The notes under the pieces are model-generated. The model did no database searches, was not told the origin of the DNA, and was given only the letters and a program-made list of their open reading frames with translations. DNA of 64,000 bases from Bdellovibrionales bacterium (GTDB lineage: Bacteria > Bdellovibrionota > Bdellovibrionia > Bdellovibrionales > Bdellovibrionaceae): positions 1 to 64,000 of the forward strand of contig JANMPT010000039.1 in assembly GCA_031370005.1 (NCBI GenBank). The letters run 5' to 3'. Numbering within the stretch: position 1 is the stretch's first letter; each line of letters opens with the position of its first letter. A program made the translations under genes and the position numbers. Positions 40,490 to 48,094 of this stretch are shown one piece after another.

Positions 40490-41881
40490 TCAATAAACTG
40501 TATCCACAGAGTAAGTGGTTGCGCCAACTGAGCAATATAAAACCCCTGCTGGTGACATCTGACAGGCATCAGAAACGCCCCGATTATCGACCTGATACCA
40601 TGAGGTGCCATTATTAGTGCTTTTATAAATGCCAGCAGGTGATATGGCAAAAAGATGTCCAAGGGAGTTCTGAAAAATTTTGGCAATAGTTTTATCAGTG
40701 TTAACTGCGCTCCAAGAGGCTCCGGAGTCTGTGCTGCGCTGGAGCCCTAGCACATGGGCATTGTCTGTGATAAAATATTGGCCTAAGTTATCAATGAGCT
40801 GAGTTTTATAATCTCCAGCCATTGTTGATAGAGTGTTTAAATTTGTCCAGGTTACTCCATCCGTTGTTCTAAAATACTTATATGTGCCCGTTCCAGCAAT
40901 CCCGCATGAATAAATAAGGGTTGATCCATTGCTAAACATGTTATTATTCATGGTCACGCTTGTTCCGGCACTACTGCTACAGCCAGGCCGGCTTAGCGCG
41001 CTAAATGTCGCTCCAGCATCGATGCTAACCTGTGTTCCAAAATATTCAACTCCCCAGCCTGACCAATCCGAAGAATGCATATATAGAAAAATCACTCCGT
41101 TATTCAAAACGGCCGCGGACACTGAGGTTGGCGTTCCACTTACATTCGCTGTCACAGGAATGATACTCAACGTCGACCAAGTTCCGTTATCGCTTTTCCG
41201 AATTATAAAACTTCCTCCTGATACCCCGCTATTAGGATCAAGGGCGCTGATGCCAGCAACGTAAATATACTTATGCAAAGGGTTAGAGTAATTAAAGCTC
41301 ACAGTGAAGGCCTGTGAAAAAGTGTCGCCTGCATCAATTCCGGTGGTTAAATGAGGAAAACTATCGACTGTAACCCAATTTTGACCATAGTCGGTGCTTT
41401 TTTTGACCGTCCAAATTAGAGAAGATGAGCTCGGCACGACATAAAATAAATTTCCATCAGGATCCATATACGAACTATTAAGATTTGAACGGCTAGCGAC
41501 AGACTGCAAGCTTCGGATTGGAAAAGTTAGCGTGCCCGCCAAGTTATTACTGTCGAGCGCTACAACCTTATCTGTCGTGATCGTGGTCGCTAATGTGGGC
41601 GTGTAGATACCTGTGGCAGAATTAATCGGAAAACCACTAGAAGAAAAATAGTTATAACTTCCGGTGCCTCCGGAGGCAGAAAAAGTGATCGACTCACCGG
41701 GCATTACTGTTGGCAGAGACGCAGTAAGGACCAAGCTTGAGGTCGCCCCAGAACCAGCGCTTGTGCCGCTCGTGATAAGCCCTTTACTACTGTTTTGGAC
41801 GCAGGATAAAAAAGCTAGTGCTACAAAAATAACACCTATCAATGGCCAATGTTGGTTTTTTTTGTTGAGCACCATTATCAT
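40490..41881 (-). CDS. Lipoprotein with Ig-like N-domain and BNR/Asp-box beta-propeller
   Basis: LAFLSC lipobox; Asp-boxes STDYGQNW, SIDAGATF, TTDGVTW, STDSGASW, STNNGTSW; real start may be 41875. Confidence 0.8.
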   Translation of the reverse strand: MIMVLNKKNQHWPLIGVIFVALAFLSCVQNSSKGLITSGTSAGSGATSSLVLTASLPTVMPGESITFSASGGTGSYNYFSSSGFPINSATGIYTPTLATTITTDKVVALDSNNLAGTLTFPIRSLQSVASRSNLNSSYMDPDGNLFYVVPSSSSLIWTVKKSTDYGQNWVTVDSFPHLTTGIDAGDTFSQAFTVSFNYSNPLHKYIYVAGISALDPNSGVSGGSFIIRKSDNGTWSTLSIIPVTANVSGTPTSVSAAVLNNGVIFLYMHSSDWSGWGVEYFGTQVSIDAGATFSALSRPGCSSSAGTSVTMNNNMFSNGSTLIYSCGIAGTGTYKYFRTTDGVTWTNLNTLSTMAGDYKTQLIDNLGQYFITDNAHVLGLQRSTDSGASWSAVNTDKTIAKIFQNSLGHLFAISPAGIYKSTNNGTSWYQVDNRGVSDACQMSPAGVLYCSVGATTYSVDTVY

Positions 41882-41883
41882 GT

Positions 41884-41909
41884 TATCGGTTTATTTTGCT
41901 AAAACTTGA
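41884..41909 (-). promoter_or_regulatory. Putative sigma28 (FliA) promoter
   Basis: Minus strand TCAAG about 15 nt upstream of CCGATAA. Confidence 0.55.
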
Positions 41910-41916
41910 GAGGCCG

Positions 41917-41966
41917 TTGACAGGGTGATAGGGCTAAAGCGTCTTCGTTTCAAAACGAGATTCAAA
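41917..41966. repeat. 50-bp conserved intergenic element, copy 1
   Basis: 38/50 identical to 43694-43743. Confidence 0.8.
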
Positions 41967-42094
41967 GGTAAATTTTGTGGACGACCTCACTGCCCAGGAA
42001 TCGCAGAACTGAAAACAGCCCACGAAAGTGGAAACAGAAGTAAGTAACCGATAAAAACAGGCTAACTCCCAACAGATACAGCGTCGTAAAAAAC

Positions 42095-43513
42095 TTATAG
42101 TGATGGTAAAGTGACAGCGCTTAATGAATCTCCCATTTCGCCCGGCTGATCGCCGCGATCATTCGTATCACCAAGACCTAACTGACCTGAACTATTGAAA
42201 CCCCAACATTTAATTTCTTTAGCTTTCGAAATTGCACAAACGTGAGCGCCCCCGGCGGTGATGAATTCGGGAACAAAGTTAGTTCCGAGATTTACAAACG
42301 GAAGCGCGTCTCCCATTTCATTCGCGTCGTCACCGCGATTTAAAGTGTCGCCAAGGCCTAGCTGTCCATGCTCATTGTTGCCCCAGCACTTGATATGTTT
42401 ATCAGTAAACAGAGCGCACGCAAAATAGCTACCTACAGCAATCTGTTCCGCTATGAGGCCGGTTCCTAAATCAATTGGCAAAAGGTTATCGCCGGTTGTT
42501 GCGGCGTCATAACCGCGATAAGCTTTGTCGCCTTGTCCTAGCCGTCCATCCTCATTGTTTCCCCAACATTTAATTTTTCCTCCCAACAGCAACGCGCAAG
42601 AAAAGTCGACCTTAGCCGCAACATCAATTGCGACTTGCCCGCTTCCCAAATTTACCGCTCGCAAGTTAGCGCCCATTTCATTACTTATGCCGCCTCTTCT
42701 TTGAACCGACTCTCCTGCACCTAAGGCGCCAGAGAAATAAGTAATCCCACTACCTAGCACAAAACTATTGCGTCCCCAGCACCTTACGACTCCGGTTATC
42801 GATAACGAGCATGCGTGTAGATCCCCCACTGTAACTTTCTGAATCTGCTCTGGAAGGCTCGTCGCGAGATATGTAGAGGCCATATTTATACTTAAAGTTT
42901 CATGTCCCAGTTGCCCCTCGGTATTATTTCCCCAGCAGATAACCGCACCGAGCTGATTAAGTCCGCAGGCAAACGTTCTACCAATACTTATTGAGTTCAG
43001 CTGTGAAAACTGACTGCTGAAAGCTCCATAGGGTAAATTGGCTCCCATATCAGCGGATTCATCGCCAATAAAGGGGCCAAGCCCAGAAATTATTTGAGAA
43101 ATATTTTGATGATTAGCGCTGCCCCAACACTTAATTGCTCCAGATAAGGAAAGGGCACAAGCAGTATCCGTTCCAACTGAAATAGATTTGGATTCAAAAC
43201 CTAGGTTGATTGGAACAAGATTTGCCACTTCATTGGCGCCGTCACCAATATTCGTGATTGAACCCTGCCCCAAAATTCCTTTGTAACCTGTCCAGATTTG
43301 ACCATTTTCGCCCCAACAATAACCTGACCCCACTCCACTTAAATAACAGGTCGACAAGTTCCCCAGTGTCAACAAGGCTTGAGAAGCCGCCGGAGAGACC
43401 GGAATTTGTAGACTTGATCCGTCGGTTTCGAAATTCGAAGAACAAGAGACCAACCCAAAGGCTATTGTCGTTATTGATATCAAAATCAAGAGAACGAGAT
43501 TGAGGCTTCTCAT
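42095..43513 (-). CDS. RCC1-repeat beta-propeller lipoprotein
   Basis: GLVSC lipobox; seven CWG units, several with GQLG, and GD..EMG loops. Confidence 0.9.
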   Translation of the reverse strand: MRSLNLVLLILISITTIAFGLVSCSSNFETDGSSLQIPVSPAASQALLTLGNLSTCYLSGVGSGYCWGENGQIWTGYKGILGQGSITNIGDGANEVANLVPINLGFESKSISVGTDTACALSLSGAIKCWGSANHQNISQIISGLGPFIGDESADMGANLPYGAFSSQFSQLNSISIGRTFACGLNQLGAVICWGNNTEGQLGHETLSINMASTYLATSLPEQIQKVTVGDLHACSLSITGVVRCWGRNSFVLGSGITYFSGALGAGESVQRRGGISNEMGANLRAVNLGSGQVAIDVAAKVDFSCALLLGGKIKCWGNNEDGRLGQGDKAYRGYDAATTGDNLLPIDLGTGLIAEQIAVGSYFACALFTDKHIKCWGNNEHGQLGLGDTLNRGDDANEMGDALPFVNLGTNFVPEFITAGGAHVCAISKAKEIKCWGFNSSGQLGLGDTNDRGDQPGEMGDSLSAVTLPSL

Positions 43514-43693
43514 ACTATGCTTATCGGTTCGATCTCACGATTTCTCAAATGAAATTAGGCACAGATTATGACTCATTTTGAAATTCTAGCTATGGAGGTG
43601 CCGTCTCGGTGCAAGTACGTTTTTCCGCAAACGTTTCCATTTGAGACAGGCCAGCTCATGGCGCGGCTTGGGATTTCATAAGGAACTGCTGCA

Positions 43694-43743
43694 TTGACAG
43701 GCAATACAAGCTAAAACGACTTCGCTTCAAAACGAGATTAAAA
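43694..43743. repeat. 50-bp conserved intergenic element, copy 2
   Basis: TTGACAGG-N8-GCTAAAACGACTTCGCTTCAAAACGAGATTAAAA. Confidence 0.8.
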
Positions 43744-43746
43744 TTC

Positions 43747-43773
43747 CTGCCACGGGCACAATGCCTATGGCAG
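43747..43773 (-). terminator. Putative intrinsic terminator for the 43781-44095 gene
   Basis: CTGCCA..GGCA-loop-TGCC..TGGCAG hairpin followed by GAATTTT on the minus strand. Confidence 0.45.
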
Positions 43774-43780
43774 TCACTTG

Positions 43781-44065
43781 TTAGTTCGATCTTGTCACTT
43801 GTTGAACCTGGCAACCAGACTGTGTTTCGCTTGCGACAACTTCAAAGCTATAGCTTGCGTTATTTGAGCACAAGGTTTCAACCCAGTAAGTACTAGGCTC
43901 TAAAATGCCAGCATCAGTAACCTTACACTTAAACTGATTATCGCTTTCAGCATAAGCCTGATTTAGAGCAGATTGTTTAGCAGCCTTAAAGCATCCAATT
44001 GGTGATGCCATTGATACGCTGGAAAGGGCAAACGAAGCGAAAAATAGTGCGAAAACTGATTTCAT
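43781..44065 (-). CDS. Small secreted Cys-containing protein
   Basis: GGAG RBS before MKSVFALFF; signal ending SMA; 4 Cys. Confidence 0.75.
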   Translation of the reverse strand: MKSVFALFFASFALSSVSMASPIGCFKAAKQSALNQAYAESDNQFKCKVTDAGILEPSTYWVETLCSNNASYSFEVVASETQSGCQVQQVTRSN

Positions 44066-44200
44066 AAAAACTCCCATGTGTGTGTTCAAGAGCACGTACC
44101 ACCGCCGCCTCTGAATTCCAAGGTCATTATCTGAAACTAAATATGCGCTTAAGGTATTGTAATAGCTACTTTAGCTTGCTTTAGGCGAAGGCGCCTTATT

Positions 44201-44239
44201 TTTTACTAGATAGATCTAGTAAAATCACTAGATCTATCT
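44201..44239. promoter_or_regulatory. Overlapping inverted repeats upstream of the second AAA/DUF4143 gene
   Basis: TTTTACTAGAT-ag-ATCTAGTAAAA (44201-44224) and AGATAGATCTAGT-aaaatc-ACTAGATCTATCT (44208-44239). Confidence 0.7.
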
Positions 44240-44263
44240 GCCATAATATGATAAGTTGTTCCG

Positions 44264-45415
44264 ATGAAGTTCATAATAGAAGCCGCTTTTGTCAAAGAGC
44301 TCCGGGAGAATCTGAAGGATAGTCCTCAATTTTTGCAGGTGGTCCTTGGGCCCCGCCAGGTTGGAAAAACAACGGGTGTTTTGCAGCTTTTAAAGAATAG
44401 CCAATCTGAAAGTCTTTATTATTCTGCCGATGAGGAGGTCTCTCCATCTGCAAATTGGATTGAGGAAAAGTGGCAGGGGATTTTCTTAAAGCATCCCAAT
44501 GGGGTACTGGTCCTTGATGAGATTCAGAAAATTCCGGATTGGTCTTCTGTGGTTAAGAGGGTTTGGGATAGGCAAAAAAAAAATGGTAAATCGAATATCA
44601 AGCTTATTCTACTGGGCTCGAGTTCTTTGCAAATTCAGAAAGGACTAAGCGAAAGCCTGAGCGGTCGATTTCAGCTGGTTCGTGCAGTACACTGGGATAT
44701 TGCTAGATCCGAAAAACTTGTGAAGATGGGTGTTGATGGCTTTATTCGGTTTGGCGGCTATCCAGGTTCTTACCCTTTGATTTCTAAGCCTCAGCAGTGG
44801 GAAAAATATATCCGTGATTCAATTATAGAGACCGTGATTGGGAAGGATATTCTTCATATCGCGCGGGTTAATAAACCCGCTCTTTTTCGCCAGGTATTTG
44901 GAATATTGATGTCTTATCCCGCCCAGGAAATTAGCTATACAAAACTTCTTGGCCAGCTGCAGGATTCAGGAAATACTGACCTGGTAAAGCATTACTTAGA
45001 GCTTTATGAGGGAGCCTATTTAATAAAAGCCCTTCAAAAATATTCGGGAAAATCCATAGTCACAAGGTCCTCCTCGCCAAAATTAATTCCACTTTGCGGG
45101 GCGCTCATTGATCGTCGTCTTTTGAAAAGTGAGGAGGGCTACGGGCGAGCTTTTGAGGCCGCAGTGGGGGCGTGCCTTGTTAACAATGAACTAGAAATAT
45201 TTTATTGGCGCGAGGGCAACCTAGAAGTGGATTATGTCGTTCTTTACGCAGGTGACATTTTCGCGATTGAGGTGAAGTCCGGTCGAAAAAAATCCTCTAA
45301 AGGCCTCAATGAGTTCGCGAAAAGATTTAAAACGGCAAAAAAAGTTTATATAACCAATGACAATATCGAGAAGTTTTTAACGAATCCAAAAATATTTTTA
45401 GAGGCATTAACATAG
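44264..45415 (+). CDS. AAA_14 ATPase with DUF4143 and PD-(D/E)xK-like C-terminus
   Basis: GPRQVGKT, LDEIQ, LGSS, ESLSGR, GGYP, SPK, EVDYV..IEVK. Confidence 0.9.
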   Translation: MKFIIEAAFVKELRENLKDSPQFLQVVLGPRQVGKTTGVLQLLKNSQSESLYYSADEEVSPSANWIEEKWQGIFLKHPNGVLVLDEIQKIPDWSSVVKRVWDRQKKNGKSNIKLILLGSSSLQIQKGLSESLSGRFQLVRAVHWDIARSEKLVKMGVDGFIRFGGYPGSYPLISKPQQWEKYIRDSIIETVIGKDILHIARVNKPALFRQVFGILMSYPAQEISYTKLLGQLQDSGNTDLVKHYLELYEGAYLIKALQKYSGKSIVTRSSSPKLIPLCGALIDRRLLKSEEGYGRAFEAAVGACLVNNELEIFYWREGNLEVDYVVLYAGDIFAIEVKSGRKKSSKGLNEFAKRFKTAKKVYITNDNIEKFLTNPKIFLEALT

Positions 45416-45427
45416 ATGGAACGCAGA

Positions 45428-45515
45428 TTTACTTAGTGGTTCCTTGGTAGATATAAGCAATGCCTCCGGTGAGGGCAGTAAAACCCATTTTACTAAAGTC
45501 ACCTGTTTCGTCCAT
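45428..45515 (-). repeat. Exact 88-bp duplicate of the ubiE/menG 3' end (displaced gene fragment)
   Basis: Identical to 46419-46506 (offset 991). Confidence 0.95.
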
Positions 45516-45612
45516 AAAAGATTTAAGAACTGGCAGATGGTTGCTGACACGGTCGGTACTGGTCAGGCGCTTGTCAGACAGAATAGCTAAATTTTTAAAA
45601 ACAAAAAAAAAT

Positions 45613-45912
45613 CTAAGCTACAAGTTTAAAAGTAAGGTGAACGTTCGCCTTATTTAACTGATCTTGAATACAAGCTTTGATTGCCAAGGCTTGCGAAAGT
45701 TTTGCTTTAGTAGCTATTTTCTTGGCTAAAGTGACTGATACAAGTTGGCGACCTTTTTCAACATCGCACAAAGTCCCTTTTGCTAAACCCAGTTTTTGAG
45801 CCATTTCAGTTTGCGTAAGGCCTAAAGACTCACGAGCAGCTCGTAAAAACAAAGCAAAAGTCACGGGGCCATGTTTCTTTTCTAAAATTGGAGATAATCT
45901 TTTAGTACTCAT
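45613..45912 (-). CDS. XRE-family HTH antitoxin (HigA-like)
   Basis: LTQTEMAQKLGLAKGTLCDVEKG HTH; 11-nt overlap with the toxin gene. Confidence 0.88.
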   Translation of the reverse strand: MSTKRLSPILEKKHGPVTFALFLRAARESLGLTQTEMAQKLGLAKGTLCDVEKGRQLVSVTLAKKIATKAKLSQALAIKACIQDQLNKANVHLTFKLVA

Positions 45913-46189
45913 GTTTATTCACCTCTATCACTGTTATTAAAACTAAATCTTTGCTCTCGTTTTCGACATAAATCACACGGTAGCTTCGATTGAGCCGTGC
46001 TGAGCGCTGGCCCTTTCGATCACCCTTTAGGGGTTCATCGTGGTAGCCTTTAAGCTTTCTGATATCGACTATACCAGTTAATTCAATAGACTCAACCCAG
46101 ATAAACAAGGCTTCGCTAATTTGCTTTGGGAGTTTCTTAATCTGTTTTTCTGCAAATTTAGAAATGAAGACTTGTGTTTTTTTACTCAC
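45902..46189 (-). CDS. RelE/HigB-family mRNA interferase toxin
   Basis: YHDEPLKGDRKGQRSARLNRSYRVIY..EVNKHEY; toxin-first gene order. Confidence 0.88.
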   Translation of the reverse strand: MSKKTQVFISKFAEKQIKKLPKQISEALFIWVESIELTGIVDIRKLKGYHDEPLKGDRKGQRSARLNRSYRVIYVENESKDLVLITVIEVNKHEY

Positions 46190-46194
46190 AAGTA

Positions 46195-46224
46195 ATCGTA
46201 AGGCATTTTGCCTTACATTGTCAA
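46195..46224 (-). promoter_or_regulatory. Sigma70 promoter and operator palindrome of the TA operon
   Basis: TTGACA-N18-TACGAT ending 5 nt before GTG; GTAAGGCA-N3-TGCCTTAC at 46198-46216. Confidence 0.75.
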
Positions 46225-46419
46225 GCTGATTTTGTAGACTGAAGTAAATAGGACGGGCCTATAGTTGTTTTGGAGTTGGGCCGCCCAGGAATGCATGCCT
46301 GAGCTGGTCGACCCCTGCGAAGCACCCCTCCACGGGGCCCACAATAAAATTCAAAAAACAAATCGACGCAAAAAAGCTTCGATAAGAATGGGACTATAAA
46401 AAGAAAAATATGCTAGCCT

Positions 46420-47133
46420 TTACTTAGTGGTTCCTTGGTAGATATAAGCAATGCCTCCGGTGAGGGCAGTAAAACCCATTTTACTAAAGTCACCTGTTTC
46501 GTCCATGAGTGCAATAAACTCTTCACGGCAAGGGAAGGCCGCGGAGGATTTTTGTAGATACTCATAAGCTTCGCCTTGGCCCGTTACGAGGCCACCAAGT
46601 TTCGGCAATATTTTTTCAGAATAGAAATTATAAAGTGGACCCAGTACCGGCATTTTTACTTGCCCAAATTCGAGAACCATCACTTGGCCACCTGGCTTCG
46701 TCACGCGAGCCATCTCTTTAAGACCCTTTACCGAGTCTCCGACATTGCGAATCCCAAAAGAGATACTGCAGATATCAAAAGTATTATCGGGATATTGTAG
46801 CTGAGTCACATCCGCTTGTTCAAAGCGAATATCAAGACCCCTTGCCAAGGCCTTTGCCGGAGCTGGGGTCAGCATTTCGGCACAGAAATCGGTGCCAATC
46901 ACTTGGCCAGTGGGGCCAACGGCTTTTTTGAATTCAATTGCAAGATCACCTGTGCCGGTAGCGCAGTCGAGAACAGCTTGTCCCGCATAAGCGTCGCTCA
47001 TTTTCACCAATTTTTTGCGCCATAAATGGTGAACTCCCATGGATAGCACATTATTGCCCTTATCGTAGTTCGCCGCGACTTTGCTGAACATATTGCGAAT
47101 GATTTCGGGATTTGGAGAGTGTTTTGGTAGCAC
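46420..47133 (-). CDS. ubiE: Demethylmenaquinone methyltransferase (UbiE/MenG)
   Basis: YDKGN, LDCATGTGD, FGIRNV, LEF, YEYL; menaquinone gene context. Confidence 0.94.
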   Translation of the reverse strand: MLPKHSPNPEIIRNMFSKVAANYDKGNNVLSMGVHHLWRKKLVKMSDAYAGQAVLDCATGTGDLAIEFKKAVGPTGQVIGTDFCAEMLTPAPAKALARGLDIRFEQADVTQLQYPDNTFDICSISFGIRNVGDSVKGLKEMARVTKPGGQVMVLEFGQVKMPVLGPLYNFYSEKILPKLGGLVTGQGEAYEYLQKSSAAFPCREEFIALMDETGDFSKMGFTALTGGIAYIYQGTTK

Positions 47134-47142
47134 GAGCGGTCC

Positions 47143-47982
47143 TTATTGGTGGGTGAGCTTTTGCAAAGGACGATCAAGTGCTGTTAGTACTTTTTCAATT
47201 TTCGACATCATCTTTGCGAAGTCGTCAAATGTCAGAGCCTGAGGCCCATCAGATAAGGCTTCTGCAGGGCGGGGATGCACCTCGACGATAATGCCATCTG
47301 CGCCAGAGGCCGCCGCCGCAATGGCGAGGTCTGGGACTAAGGCTCGAATACCTACAGCATGGGAGGGATCGACGATAACTGGGAAGTGAGTATTTTTCTT
47401 AACGTAAACAACCGCATTGAGATCCAAAGTATTGCGAGTGGCAGTTTCAAAGGTTCGGATGCCGCGTTCGCAGAGGATCACGTTTTGATTGCCGCCGGCA
47501 GTGATATACTCAGCGGCTTTTATCCACTCGTCGATCAAGGCAGCAAAGCCACGTTTCAAAAGGATCGGCTTATTAGTACGGCCGAGCTCTTTCAGCAAGG
47601 AGTAGTTGTGCATGTTGCGAGAACCTACTTGGAACATATCAACAAGGTCAGCGACTTCTTCGATTTGGCGGACATCAGTGATTTCTGATACGAGACCCAT
47701 TTGTGTCTCTTTACAAACAGACCGGATAAGATCAAAAGACGATTCGCCCATGCCCTGGAAGTTCTTAGCGGAAGTTCTCATTTTCCAAATGCCACCACGA
47801 AGTAAGCAAGCTCCTTGGCTTTTAACAGCTTTTGCTGTTTCAAGAAATTGGGCATGGCTTTCAATTGAGCAGGGGCCAGCTAAAACAGAGAATTGAGGGC
47901 CCCCAATTTTGAGAGTCCCGTAGGCCGTCTTGATCTTGACGATTTGGGTTGAGGGAGTTGTTTGCATACTTTCGATTTCCAT
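47143..47982 (-). CDS. aroF: DAHP synthase, class I-beta
   Basis: AGPCSIES, KMRTS, QVGSRNM, LLKRG, LCERGIR, DPSH, EVHP, DGPQ. Confidence 0.93.
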   Translation of the reverse strand: MEIESMQTTPSTQIVKIKTAYGTLKIGGPQFSVLAGPCSIESHAQFLETAKAVKSQGACLLRGGIWKMRTSAKNFQGMGESSFDLIRSVCKETQMGLVSEITDVRQIEEVADLVDMFQVGSRNMHNYSLLKELGRTNKPILLKRGFAALIDEWIKAAEYITAGGNQNVILCERGIRTFETATRNTLDLNAVVYVKKNTHFPVIVDPSHAVGIRALVPDLAIAAAASGADGIIVEVHPRPAEALSDGPQALTFDDFAKMMSKIEKVLTALDRPLQKLTHQ

Positions 47983-48094
47983 ATTACGAACATCCCAGGT
48001 TAGTTTTTGTGCGGCAATTAGTTATCAAATTCTTACCACAGCTATTGACCCTTTGGGTCAAAAAACCGAGGATTTTGTGGAAGCGCAGGTTAGC

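Larger units (their letters stand above)
45428..46506. mobile_element. Putative minimal integrated unit carrying a HigBA-type TA pair, bounded by 88-bp direct repeats
   Basis: Direct repeats of the host gene 3' end flank 903 bp whose only convincing genes are toxin and antitoxin; no recombinase gene. Confidence 0.55.

Noticed and set aside
41970..42094. CCAC-GAAA-GTGG tetraloop with nearby CTGA and GAAA, resembling a hammerhead ribozyme
   Set aside because: The core reads CUGAAAA rather than CUGANGA, and I could not build stems I and III
42095..43513. Periodic DNA similarity suggesting an array
   Set aside because: Explained by degenerate RCC1 protein repeats; no identical repeat-spacer pattern and no cas genes, so no CRISPR
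45460..45657. 65-aa plus-strand ORF
   Set aside because: Antisense reading of the duplicated ubiE end running into the antitoxin 3' end; no RBS or recognisable motif
37988..46418. Prophage, integron or IS origin of the accessory block
   Set aside because: No phage, integrase or transposase gene and no convincing attC-like sites seen
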